A stretch of DNA of 44,561 bases, taken from IMG/VR virus record IMGVR_UViG_3300049043_000052, positions 1 to 44,561 of that record; one strand, given 5' to 3'. The notes below the pieces were generated by a model, which worked only from the letters and a program-made list of their open reading frames with translations, ran no database searches and had not been told where the DNA came from. Below, piece after piece: positions 1-11,082 of the stretch. This DNA is from a virus (taxonomy: Duplodnaviria > Caudoviricetes). Position 1 is the first letter of the stretch. Each line of letters opens with the position of its first letter. The translations under genes were made by a program, and so were the position numbers.

Positions 1-3000
1 GCCATTGATGGTCAGGCCAACGGGATGTTCTTGATGCACAAGGATTGACCCGTCTTGGTTCCACTTCAGGCATCAAGGTGATTTGCCGCTCCAAGCTCGT
101 TGCCGTGGAAGGCAACTGGTTTTCAACGACCAGCGGGTAGGTCAGCATCGCTTCGGGTCCGACCCAGAACCGTTCATCGGTGCTGTCTACGCGCAGCCAC
201 ATCTTGTTGATGTTCTTGGTGCGGCCTTGCCCAGCCGCTTCGGCCTGCATGGCAAGAGGCAGGGTCACGAACTGGCTGACGTACGGAATGCCCATGACAA
301 TGCTGGTGTAGTGCTGGCTGGTAGTCAGCGTCCCGCTTGCACTGACCACCGTTGTTTCCATCAGCGGGACGCCATCGGCGACGACATCGACCTCCTCGTT
401 GGCGAGATGCGTCGCACCAGCGAAGGTCTGCCGCGCCCAAGCCCATGTCGCCACCGTCGTGTTCCACAACGACACCGGAAGATCTTCGACAAGGCGGCAG
501 CGAACGACCGAGCTAGTCAGTCGCTCCGTGACCAACATGCGGTACTTGTCGGACCCAGATCGGATCTCCAAGTAGTCGCCTACATCGCTCTGCGCGAACA
601 GCGAGCCAGCCAGCGACTCCTCCACCGTGATGATGGCGTCCTTGCTCCAGCCGCCGTTCAGGTACTCCGACAGCTTCAGCAGCTTGCCACCCGTATGCGT
701 GCCGTCGAACGAGATGTGGCTATCGACGTAGGCAGCCGCCGATCCGTTCGCCCGCACATCGGTCAGCCGCTCGATGTAGCGAACACTCGTCCCGTTGATC
801 GTGCGCTTGACAACGCAGTACAGGCTGTCAACCTGCCCCTCCTGGATGCACGCGACCGACTCAAACTGCCCATCGGTTTCATGCTGGTGCCACGCGGCGA
901 TGCCTTCCTCGGGGATGTACGTCATGCCGAGCAACTTGCCCGACGAACTGACGAACCACACGATCGGCAACGGCGACCGCATGTACGCGAGATCGGCAAT
1001 CGTGAAGTCGTCGAACAGGTGGGCGGCTCGCAGGCTCAGGTCCGCCGTCGTGTAGCCCTGAGCGTTGAAGTTGAACCCCATCTGCCGAACATGGCCGCCA
1101 CGGGCAGCGCAGAAAACCAAGGCGTTGTTGATGACGGCAGGCGTGACGAAGCTCGACCCAACGTAGGACTGCGGGCGAACGCTGACGGACTCAGGCGTGA
1201 TCGCCTCGCTGTTGATCGGTGTAACGCGCCACTCGCCTTGGTCGCTCAGGATTAGTAGCTCACCAGTGCTGACGATGTGGCGAATCTGGTGGTTGTCCCG
1301 CGATCGCATCGTGAACGAAATGCGGTCGCTGTCCTTGATCGGGATACTGAAGCTGAGGTCTTGCTCCGTGTTGCTGCGGGTCATCCAGACCTTGGCCGGA
1401 GTGCTGTTCGTGCCAGCAATGACCTTGCGCTGCTCAAAGTACGACACGGCCCCAGGGTAGTTGTTGGTGGCCGACAGCGAGGTGTCGAGGATCGGCACCG
1501 TCTTGCCAAGGTCTGGCGTCAGGTTGTCGTCGCGGAACGTGACCTGAGAAGCGGTGTCGGTCTGCCCGATCCATCCGAACAAGCCGTTGGTCCGCTTGTA
1601 GATGTTGTACCGCTTGATCGCAGCACCACCGACCGGATCTGGCACCTGAGTCCACGAAAGGACGTTGTACGTCTCTCGCATACAGGTTGTTTTCGACGCC
1701 GGTTTGCGCGCTCGGCTGGCTCTCAACGTCGTTCTCGTCAACAGCCGTCACGACGTAGTAGTTGGTGCTTTGGCTGTTTTCTGGCCACAACTCGAAGAAC
1801 AACGGCGGACTAATGCTTGTTGTTCCAACTCCCGCTGGTGCAACGGAAAGCACTTCCCCGGTTCCAAGACCGGCTGCCGCCAAGTTAGTCTGAGTGTTCG
1901 ACTTGATCTCAAAAGCGTCGGTAGGCGGAGAAGCGTTTGCCCTCCACACTTTTGAGACAGTGAACACGTTGTTTTGCACCTTGGCGTGAAGCCCAGCCGG
2001 GAGGCCAGAGTTCGCCGACGTAAAACACTTCACGGTGTCGCCAGGAACGAATGGCAACAACTCAGAGTTGAGAGTCGCCAATCCAGTTTTTGAAGCTCCT
2101 CCGCCTGGCTGGAAAGCACCTTCTACCCGATAGCGAATCGCCCCGTACGCTGTCCCAACAAGGTTGGTAGGAGCCGCCATCGGAGGCGAGTAGCTTGCGT
2201 ACTCCAAGACCACTGCAAGTCGGTCGTTCGCGTCAGGATGATCGTCGGCCTGTTGCGATGCGCGATGGTCAGCCGGTTGTTGTCCTGCGCGTAGGTCAAC
2301 TCCATCAACTCAGCGTCGCTGTAGTTGTTGTTGTGCGCCAACCCCTGGCCGGTGGCCTGCAAGCTCCAAGTAGTGGCCGATGCGTTGTTGATTGCGTAGT
2401 TAACCCAGGTGGCCGTTGCAGAGCTTGACGAAAAAATGGCCCCGTTGGTCTGGTAATAGTTGCCAAGCCCTTGGTCGAAGATCAGCGAGCCTTGCGCGTA
2501 GTATGCGGAAAGAGTGAACGTGCCGATGCCTGCATTGTCGTAAGCCGTGATCGGCAGGCCGCCAACAGATGTCTTGAGGCGGAACGTCGTGCTCGACAGC
2601 TTGTCGATGAAGTAGTGCGCCGAAAGTGCAATCGTTGGGGCCGGAGTAACGCACGCAAACAACGTCTTTGGCGTCAACTTCAAATCTTGCAGTTGCTGCG
2701 GCGAAAGCGGTGGGGAAACAACGCTTCCAATCTTTGGCTTGAATCGGAACTCGTCAATAACTTCGACGTAGTACCAACGCAGAGAGCTTCCGCTTTCTCG
2801 AAAAACAACAGAGTCGTTTTGCCTGAGTCCGTGCGCTGACTGCGTAACAACAACCGGAGCTACGTCAGTAACTGACCATTCGTTAGACTGCGCGATCAAG
2901 CGAATCCTAGCCGGTCCCTGACTAGCGTCCGTAAACAACGCACCAGGCCCTGCCGCCGTCGTCGAGTAAACGGTCACGCGGGCATCGTTGGCAAGGTTGT

Positions 3001-3373
3001 CCAAGTTGCCGGAAGCCAACGTCCAGACTCCCGTCAGCGTGTTCAACGTGCAGGACCGCGCAACAAAGTAGTTGTCTCCCGTCAAGGCGATGGCTTCACC
3101 GTTGCGGTAGAACCGCATGTGGTTCTGCGTCAACTCCAGCACCATCGGAGTCGGGCTGTTAAAGGGGATCAGCCGCGACTTCAGGCTGTTGCTGCGCGCG
3201 TTGCCGACGTACTGAAGCCCAGGCCGACGCTTGGCCGCGCCCTGTGGCTTGACGTACATGTTCAGGCACTTCTTCAGCCCGGACTGATGGTCCTTGAGGT
3301 CGATGCGGCCATAGAGTTCTTGGCTGACCTCTCCAGCGTTGAACGAGAGTTGAAGGGTGCGCGTGTTGACCAT
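1..3373 (-). CDS. Tail tubular protein B / nozzle (T7 gp12-like), with inserted beta-rich domains; frameshifted, runs off window start
   Basis: N-terminus MVNTRTLQLSFNAGEVSQELYGRIDL...PQGAAKRRPG. Internal NYPGAVSYFEQRKVIAGT motif at ~1400-1465. Follows the adaptor gene with a TAATG overlap. Confidence 0.9.
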
Positions 3374-6300
3374 TATCGAATAGTGATCCAGCTAGGCGTG
3401 TGCATGGGCTTGATTTCTGCCTGCGTCGTCGTGTCGTGCGAAGTGGCTCGCATCATGTACGCAGACGCCATCTGAGCGCACCGCTTGGACTCTGCGGCAC
3501 CTACGTCGCCCTTGATGATCGGGCCAGCCAGCATCGACGACAGGTGCCACGACAGGGCAATCGTGAACAGGTTGCTGAACAACGTCGTGTCAACGATCTT
3601 GGCGTTGTACCGAACGGAGGCATCGGCTTGGTTCGTGTACAAGATCCTGCTGCCGTTCACGTCGCTTTCAATAACGAACTTCTGCGGAGACCGTGCCCCA
3701 CATAACCCAGTCGTTCGGGAGCATCGGGCGGCATGACCGCGATGATGCCGCTAGCGTCGGGAACCTCGGCAAGGCGTACTCCCACTCCGTCCGAGTGTTG
3801 GTCGTCGGCGTCAGGGTCTTGCGCTCGACGGCGAACGACCACGTTCCCATTTCCAGCAGGCTGTCGCGTGCGAGCGGGTAGAAGCGAGCACACAGGGCCG
3901 CCTGCGCGCTGCCGTCAACCGGGTCGATGCTGGTGACCTTGGCGGTCTCACCGATGTTCGCCAGCGCGAGGTTGCAGATGTCCACCTCGCTGGTGCCCAT
4001 GCGCTGCACTGCCGCCCAGGCTTCGTAGAACCGCTGCCCCAGCGTGTTCATGCCGGCCCCGGTGTAGTGGATGCCGTCGAACATCACCGGGAGATCCGAA
4101 GCTCCACGGCTCGCATGTACGGGTCGCCATCCGCCATCTTGGAGATGGCCGCGTTCACCGTGTCGGCGTAGACCCACAGGACGTTCGGGCGGACCTTGGA
4201 GGCGATCCACGGGATCTTGTGCGGGCTGACGCTGGCTAGGCCCTTGTCCGCAAGAGCCTGTCGGACGGCTTGCCGCAGGCGGACGCAGTTCGCGTAGTAG
4301 CGGTTGGCGCGGTTCTGAGAAGTCGCATCTTCCTCGCCTTGCGCCCAGAAGATGCCGACGCACTCCCCGGTGTCGCCTTGCAGGGCGAAGGCGGTCTTGG
4401 CCGCGTCCAGAACGTCCAGCAAGCGTCCGTAGCAGTTGTTCGGATCGCCCGGTGCCCAACTGGTCTGCTGGTCAGGATCGAACCACGCCTGCCCGACGCC
4501 GGTCAGGGCCGTGCTCCCCTGCGCAAGGCCGCTGCCGCTGAACGCCAGCGGGATGACATGCATCGTCTCGCCAAGGTACTCATGCATCCGCAGCCCAAGG
4601 CCGACGTAATGGCCTTGCTTCGGCTGACCACCGAGGAACACGCCAGCGAACGGCTGGTATGTGCCACCGACCGGCGTGTAGTGGTTCGGGGTAGTTCCAG
4701 CCGGGCGGGTACGGGTTCCGCTTGCCGCGCTGGTGCAGGAGAGACATGGACGCGGCCCCGGTGCTGCTGAAGGCGCAGGAGCCAGTAACGGCAGACCCGC
4801 CGTAGCTCTGGGTCAACGCGTAGCGTGCCAAGCGTCCCAGTCGGCTGAACGTAGTACGAAGTCCGGTACACAACCTCCAGCGGGACGCTCGTCTCCACGA
4901 GATCGAACAAGTCTCCGTTGGCTGGGACAGCCCCAAACGCACTGACCAGCGTGACCGATGTCGTCGTGCTGCTTGCGATCTGCCGATACTGGCCAGCCAA
5001 GGCCCCAGTGCGGAACATCAGCACCTGACCCGCAAAACTGGTCGCGGAAATCGTCGCGCACTGGATCACAGACGCCGTTGAACCAGCGGACACCGTGCTG
5101 GTCCCAAGCGGGTTCCTTCCGCTGCCGTTCAACGCGACTTGCGTGTTCGCTGCAAGGATGTCGGTCAAGAAGGTGACCGTGATCGGCTGGCCTGCGCCAG
5201 AACACGACAGGTTCGTGAACGCCGGCTGCGTGAACTGCGCTTCGCCGTCAAACGGCGACCACGGAAGCCACATCGCAAACTTGTTGAACGGCGTCGCCTG
5301 CCCCGAGATCGTCGGAGGCTGGATCGTGTAGGTGTCGTTGGCAGCCGTGGCACTGACGAACGGCGACACCTCCAGCACCCACTTGTTGGCGGCGGCATCG
5401 AAGACGACATCGCCGCACGCCCGCGTCTGACCAGCGTTCGCTCCGGTGACGCAAGTGATCGTGAGTCCGGTCAGCGAGCCACGAGCTTGGTACGCACGCT
5501 CCATGTAGAAGCGGTGGTGGCTGTCGTGCAGGCTGATGAACTCGTCGCCAGCAACTTGCGTCATCGTGATCGGCAGACTGCCTACGCTGCTGATCGTGAC
5601 GCCTTGAAGCGTGAGGATTCGCTCAGAGGTTTCTGCGGCCCCGCTCGACACGCTTGCGATCGTGTAGACGGTGCTGGCACTGATGCCGCCAGGAAGGCTC
5701 GCCCCAGAAAACTTCACCTTGTCGCCAGCGGAAACGTAGTGCCCTTCGGCAAGCGTGATATGGTTACTTGCTCCAATGGCGACGCTTGCAACCGCCGAAG
5801 TGGTCGGGCGGCGCAAGTAGAACATCGTGTCCGTGTCCTGCACCGTCAGCGTGCGGCCAACAAGACCGCTGTTCACGGTGACGATGTTCAGTGCCGGGTA
5901 TGGCGTGCGGCTGAACTGGATAGCTTGCGTGAACGGTCCAGAATTGGCAACGCTGACCCAGTAATCAACTCCAGCCAGAAGCCCTCCAGCCGTTTGGTCG
6001 ATGCGAACTCTGTCGTTGTTGCAAAAAGCTGGGTACGTCGTTCCGTTTGGGTTGGCTCCAGTGATCTCCACGTTGCCAGGGACAACTTGCACAACCGATG
6101 CCGTCATCGGCAGGCACGCCTTGGCGACCGTGTAGTCCCCAAATGTGTTTTCCGAGTACGACATGACGACGCCCTGGGGCACGGCGTAGCCGACAGACGT
6201 TGCAACACCTGGGTTCGTCGATGGGACAAGCACGAACCCGCCGCGCGTTGGCGAAACCCTGATGTCGTTGCCGAACGAGTACACGACGTAGTACGACTGC

Positions 6301-7182
6301 GAGGCAACGGTGCTGCCGGGGATTGTCCCAAAGAACCGCACGCAGTCATTCACGACAAACGGGTTAACCACCAGCGTGATGGTTCCGTTGGTTGTGTTTA
6401 TCGAAGAACACGGGACTTGACCGGGCAGCGCCGAGTCGATGCCGCCGCGCAGCTTCACCGTCTCGCCAACTCGCACGGGAGTGGTGCCCATGCGGAAGCG
6501 AGCAGGAGCGCGAGTCGATCCAGACGCTACTGCGTACGCCTGAGCAAGAACACCAGCCGTGTAGGTGCCAGGATCGTTGACACCGCCCAAGATGCTCTTG
6601 AACAAGATGGTGCCCGACGTTCCGTTGGCCCCACCGACGAACGGGTAGCTGAACTCCTCATTGACCTGCGGGAGAGGGTCAAGGTCAGGCGTCAGGAACA
6701 GTTCTTGGTCGTTGCTGCTGGTGACCGTGTACTGTTTGCCGTCCAGCTTGCGCGTCAGGACAAGGCCCGTGGCGTCGTACTGCCACTTGCAGTTCGTCAC
6801 GATCTTCCGCGCAGTAACCGCACTGGTGACGCTGCATGTCCCAGGGTACTTGCGGAACGACGAGCCAAGCACGTTGGTCTGCGTCGGCACGGGATCGTAG
6901 AAGGTCAGCATCTTGACGGCCTGCAACGCCGAGCCCTTCGTGCTGACCGTCTGCCACGGGCTGGCCTTCGGGCCGGTGCCGTAGCGCGCCGTCTGGCGAC
7001 CTCCGTAGAACGTCAGCGGCAGCGTGAACGTGTCGCTGTAGCTGCCTTCCCCGAACTGCGTAGCCGATTACCTGCGGGTTCCGCAGAGCAACTTGCAGGT
7101 TCTGATCCTCCCAAGACTGAGCATCACCGATGGCGGTGCTATTGCTCTGACCGATTGCCAACAAGAACTTACGCTTCGCCAT
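3373..7182 (-). CDS. SGNH (sialate O-acetylesterase/CE6-like) esterase with large beta-domain insertion, apparently fused to tail tubular protein A (adaptor, T7 gp11-like); frameshifted
   Basis: GQSN (~7150), AFSGSG (~4540), WAQGEEDA (~4335) and DGIHY (~4070) match SGNH blocks. The same frame continues into MGTSEVDICNLALANIG...CARFYPLARDSLLE..WSFA, a typical adaptor N-terminus. C-terminus ...HTPSWITIR*. Confidence 0.8.
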
Positions 7183-7202
7183 GTGACACCTCGCAGGAAA
7201 GC

Positions 7203-7241
7203 AAAAAGCCCCGCCGCACCAAGCGGCACGGCGAGACTTTT
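7203..7241 (-). terminator. Rho-independent terminator after capsid and cement genes
   Basis: Minus strand GTCTCGCCGTGCC-GCTT-GGTGCGGCGGGGC stem (with G-U pairs) followed by TTTTT. Confidence 0.75.
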
Positions 7242-7261
7242 GAACTCAGGCAGCCACTCGA

Positions 7262-7718
7262 TCAGGCGATCGTGTAGCCGCTGGGGTAGAACGTGCGGCC
7301 GTCCTGTTCATCCAGGATGAGCGACATGCTGGCCGCGCCAGCAGTCACAGTTCCCGTGTTGGTGGCTCGCAGGACCAGGTAACGCCTGTAGCGAGTACCC
7401 AGTTCGTGCCAGACGACAACGATTTGCGGAAGCGTAATGATGCGCTGCGCACCGATCGGGTAGTCTGTGAGAGCAGACGGCCCACCCCATCCCGAAATGA
7501 AGGTGGGAGTCAGCATCGCCAGATAGTGTCAGAACTCCAAAGGCCGAACGAGATGTTGCCAGCACCGGTGAAGCTGGCCGTGACCGTCAGCAGGGCCTGA
7601 ATCTCACGGCCTTCGCCAAGATCACGCAGGCTCGAAAGATCGGATCGATCTGCCCAGTCGAGTCAGTAGCCGCGGTGGTGGCCGGAGTGACCAGCGTAAG
7701 TGCGTTGTCGAGGATCAC
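7262..7718 (-). CDS. Capsid cement/decoration protein (BPP-1 Bbp16-like)
   Basis: GTG start after AAGGAG. (M)ILDNAL...RDLGEGREI...YRRYLVLR...TVTAG...TFYPSGYTIA*. Lies directly after the capsid gene. Confidence 0.8.
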
Positions 7719-7733
7719 TGGTGGCTCCTTGGA

Positions 7734-8774
7734 CTAGGCCGCCGTGACCTGCGATTCGGTGTTGGTGAGGGCATCGACCTTGCAGGATCGGGATGCCTTG
7801 GAACGTGAGCCACGACATCGGCGTGCCGAAGCTGGAAAGACCCTTCTCGATGTCGAGAACGCTCCTGTGTCCGGTCAAGGGCCTGGATGCGCAGACCGCT
7901 GTAGACGCGGTGCGATTCATGTAGAAGCACGCCTTGACGCCGCCAAACGACGGAATGCGATCCATCGCACGAGCGATCAGCTTGATGATGTTGGTGGCAG
8001 CCGAAGTTCGCCTGCGAACCAGCACCGGACGTAGTGAAGATGCCGGACGAGGAGGTGTCGATGTTCGCAATGCGAACGACGGAGCGCCAGCCTCCTTGAC
8101 GGCCAGACCCGGCTTCCACTGGGAAGCGCGAGACGTACGCCTGCATGCGGTTGGTGCCGTTGAAGATCGTCTGGACGCCCAGCTTCCTCCATCAGGCCGG
8201 TTGCCGCCCTTCGGGAACGGGCAGTAGACCGTCCGATCCGACCAGCAGACCAGAACAAGACGACAGGTTGCTGGAACCACCACCGTCAAGCACGTTGACG
8301 CCGTTGCCGACAGCCGAGTTGCGGCTGTTGTAGCGGTTCATACAAACCGAGGACTGCTTCGGGTCCGTCGCCGGGTTGCCAGCAAACAGGCCCTGCACGA
8401 AAGTCTGGTTCATCGACTCGATGAACGCCGAATGCCTCCGACAGACGGAACTGGGCCGTTGCCATTCAGCTTGGCAAGGTCAACGTCCATTTCCGAGCGC
8501 GCCTCGATGATCGAGCACGCCTTCGTCAACCTGCGCCGTGGTGCTCTTGCTGGACGGGATGCCAGCGTTCAGAGCGCGGTAGTAGGTCGTCGGGAGGCCC
8601 GTACGATGACGACTCGCTCGCCAGTGGGGAGGTTGCCCTCCTTCCAAACGCAGTCCTCAAGGACTTCGTTGGTCTGGCCGAGAAGTTCGGCAACGTCACC
8701 GATGCTGCCATCGGGGTGAACACGCTTGGCCCAATCGGCCAGCGTAAGATTGCTTGCTCCAAGAACTGCCGCAT
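7734..8774 (-). CDS. Major capsid protein (HK97 fold, BPP-1 Bbp17-like); frameshifted
   Basis: Stitched translation NLTLADWAKR..PDG...VAELLGQTNEVLED...EGNLPTGERVVIRTGLPT...EARSEMDVDLAKLNGN...VVRIANID...FYMNRT...VDALTNTESQVTAA*. Confidence 0.92.
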
Positions 8775-8799
8775 GGTTTTTCAGGTGCTTTGGGGTTGC

Positions 8800-9420
8800 C
8801 TACTTCGTGGAGTAGAAGGACTCCGCGATCGGCGTCGAAGTCACGCGGCCCAGTAGGCGACTGGCGCGTGGCTTGCTTGCCGCCCACGAAATGATCGGTC
8901 GAGATCATCTCTCCAGCCTTGCGGAATAACCGCACCATCTCGGGATGGTTGGCGAGGCCGGACTCCTTCAGCAGTTCCTTCAGGTTCTCAGAGGCAAGAG
9001 CGTCGTACGCCTTGTTCGCCAGCCGCAGGCTCTCTTCGAGCTTGGGGCCACCGAACTCGGGGTCGTCTCTTCGACTGCTCCAGCCACTCGTTTCGCGCAG
9101 TTTGGAGCCTCGATTCCTCGGCCTTCTGCATGGCAGGGGCCATCTGGTCGAGCATCTTCTGCGCGTTCTCGGGAGACATCCCGAAGGACTTGGCGAGATC
9201 CGTGTACGTTGACAGAACGCCCGCGTCGAAGTCGCCCTTGAGGGCATATTCGACCGCTTTCGCGGGATCGCCAGTCTGCTTGCTGCCGTCCGTTGCTTCC
9301 TGCTTCGGAGCGGCTTGCTCACCAGCCTTCGGCGTTCCCGAACAGGAGGCGTCGTGGCTGGCGTCGCTGCGGCTTGGCCTTCGTTTGAAGTTGGGCGGCC
9401 CCGGTCAGCATTTCAGTCAT
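8800..9420 (-). CDS. Capsid scaffolding/assembly protein; frameshifted
   Basis: AQKMLD...W...DPEFGGPKLEESL...LKELLKESGLANHPEMVRLFRKAGEMISTDHFV, the typical scaffold motif, immediately upstream of the capsid gene. Confidence 0.8.
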
Positions 9421-9735
9421 TCGAGTTCTTCTGCGCGGCTTCGCGCATCATCAGCGGGTACTGTTCGGGGCAGTGAAGGTTGACGATCTGCAACAGCTTG
9501 CGGGCCGCTTCGCGCTTCCCCTCTTCAAAGGCCATGACGCCAAAGTTAGGGTTGAACACGGAGTGGAACACGCCGGCAGTCGCCAACAGCCGATGCACAA
9601 TGCGCCGGCCGTTCGCTTGCCCATGAGCCACCGGATGTCCGCGATTTCTTCCTCGGCAGCCAGACGTTCCCGCAAAGCTCTGTCTTGCTCTGCGGCCTTC
9701 TGACCTTCAAGGTCGTGCGGGTCGTAGTCGCTCAC
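9413..9735 (-). CDS. Conserved small head-module protein (BPP-1 Bbp19-like)
   Basis: SDYDPHDL...DIRWLM..GRRIVHRLL..AGVFHSVF...MAFEEGKR...CPEQYPLMMREA. Confidence 0.75.
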
Positions 9736-9775
9736 ACTGGCGACCCTACGTAGGCCGCCGAAATGATGCAACCCG

Positions 9776-10083
9776 CTACAGAGCGGCCATGACGGCCGTC
9801 AGGATGCGGGCCATTGCTCGCATCCACGCCTCACGAACAATCGCCTGCACCTGGATACTGGCGCGTCAGGGCGCGGTTCTGGGCCTCGGCCTTGAGCGCC
9901 TTCGACGATGCCGGAGACATCCTCGCCGCGTGCGATGCGAATGGGCAGCATGGCCGTGTCCTCGGCCATAGCGAGCAAGTTTGCCCGCACCATGGGATCG
10001 GACACCTCGGCTTGTAGCGACGCCATCAAGGCGTGCAACTCGTCCTTGACGATGCTCTCGATCTGGTTGGGCACGGCGATCAC
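9776..10083 (-). CDS. Hypothetical helical protein with hydrophobic C-terminus (putative lysis cassette)
   Basis: Start overlaps the lipoprotein stop (GTGA). Stitched C-terminus AWMRAMARILTAVMAAL*. Confidence 0.5.
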
Positions 10084-10312
10084 TTGCCCCGAGCGGCGCG
10101 CTCGTCAGCCGAGATGCGGTCGCCCCAGGCCCTGAGGCCGCGCAGGTGGGTCTGCTTGGCGGCATCGTCGAGCTTGGCGTCTGCCGCGAGGTAGCAGCCG
10201 CCATCATGGGCGCGAACCAGTCGTATGTCGCTCGGTCAGCGGCGATGCGCTGATGGTCTGGGCCGCAGCAACCGGCAAGCAGAACGAACGCAGTAAGAGC
10301 AATGCGTTTCAT
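10080..10312 (-). CDS. Small lipoprotein (o-spanin-like candidate)
   Basis: MKRIALTAFVLLAG-C signal peptide with LAGC lipobox; ~77 aa. Confidence 0.65.
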
Positions 10313-10647
10313 CGTTGGGCCTGAAGGATCTCTGCTCAGCCGTTCCTCGCGCTTTTCCGCGTGCGCGCGGTCATCGGGCAAGGATCTCGGTAACGGTGTC
10401 CGCGAAGGTGCCGCCGATCTTGCTGGCTGCGTCGAGGTGCTGCGATACGACGCGCTCGTGCGCCAACCGCATAGCCTCCTCCCGCTTGAGGAAGTACCAC
10501 GCAACGCCAAAAGCGAGGCCGCCGGAACCGACGCCGAGGAACTTGCCCCGAAGGCACTTCGACAGCTTCGCCCATGGTCGCCGCCGGTTACAACCGCACC
10601 AGCTGCCGCCCAGGGCGACGATGGCGCAGGCGTTGAAAGGATGCCAT
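10309..10647 (-). CDS. Membrane protein, holin- or i-spanin-like; frameshifted
   Basis: Stitched KFLGVGSGGLAFGVAWYFLKREE transmembrane segment followed by a charged helical tail. Stop overlaps the lipoprotein ATG. Confidence 0.5.
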
Positions 10648-10757
10648 GGCCGACGCTCATCGCGATATCACACTGGGTAAGGAAAAGAAGTTCGGAGGTG
10701 CTTTCCTGCAAGAGGGCTTACGTCAAAAAGTTCGGATTTCCGTCGAAGGTCTTACAG

Positions 10758-10916
10758 TCACTTCCAGACACCCGAGACGCGCAACGGAATGAGTCGTCCT
10801 TCCAGACTCCGGAAACGCGCAGCCACACCGTGGCCTTTCCAGACGCCGCCGACGCGCAGCCAGACGATGGTGTTCGTCGGCGGCGGCCCGGACGGCGAAA
10901 GCAGGGTGAGGAGCAT
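10758..10916 (-). CDS. Small protein with three WLRV(S/G)GVWK-like repeats (fibre-associated)
   Basis: MLLTLLSPSGPPPTNTIVWLRVGGVWK..VWLRVSGVWK..LRVSGVWK*. Confidence 0.55.
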   Translation of the reverse strand: MLLTLLSPSGPPPTNTIVWLRVGGVWKGHGVAARFRSLEGRLIPLRVSGVWK

Positions 10917-10918
10917 GG

Positions 10919-11082
10919 CTACGAGGCGCGCAGCACGAGCAACTCGGCGTCGATCGAAGCCACCTCTGCGTCGATGCGGTCGATGCAGTCGATGTCGCCA
11001 ACACGACACGCAGCCGTGCGCTGGGCAGAGAGGTTGACGAGGGCGACCTCAAGCAGCGGCGATGCGTTGGGAGGTGTCCATC
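10919..11082 (-). CDS. Small hypothetical coiled-coil protein
   Basis: TGATG coupling to the upstream gene. MDTSQRIA..LVNLSAQRTAACRVGDIDCIDRIDAEVASIDAELLVLRAS*. Confidence 0.5.

Noticed and set aside
83-7277. Long plus-strand ORFs (83-1255, 5139-7277 and others such as 36595-37602)
   Set aside because: Antisense shadows of high-GC minus-strand genes, with Arg-rich composition and no motifs.
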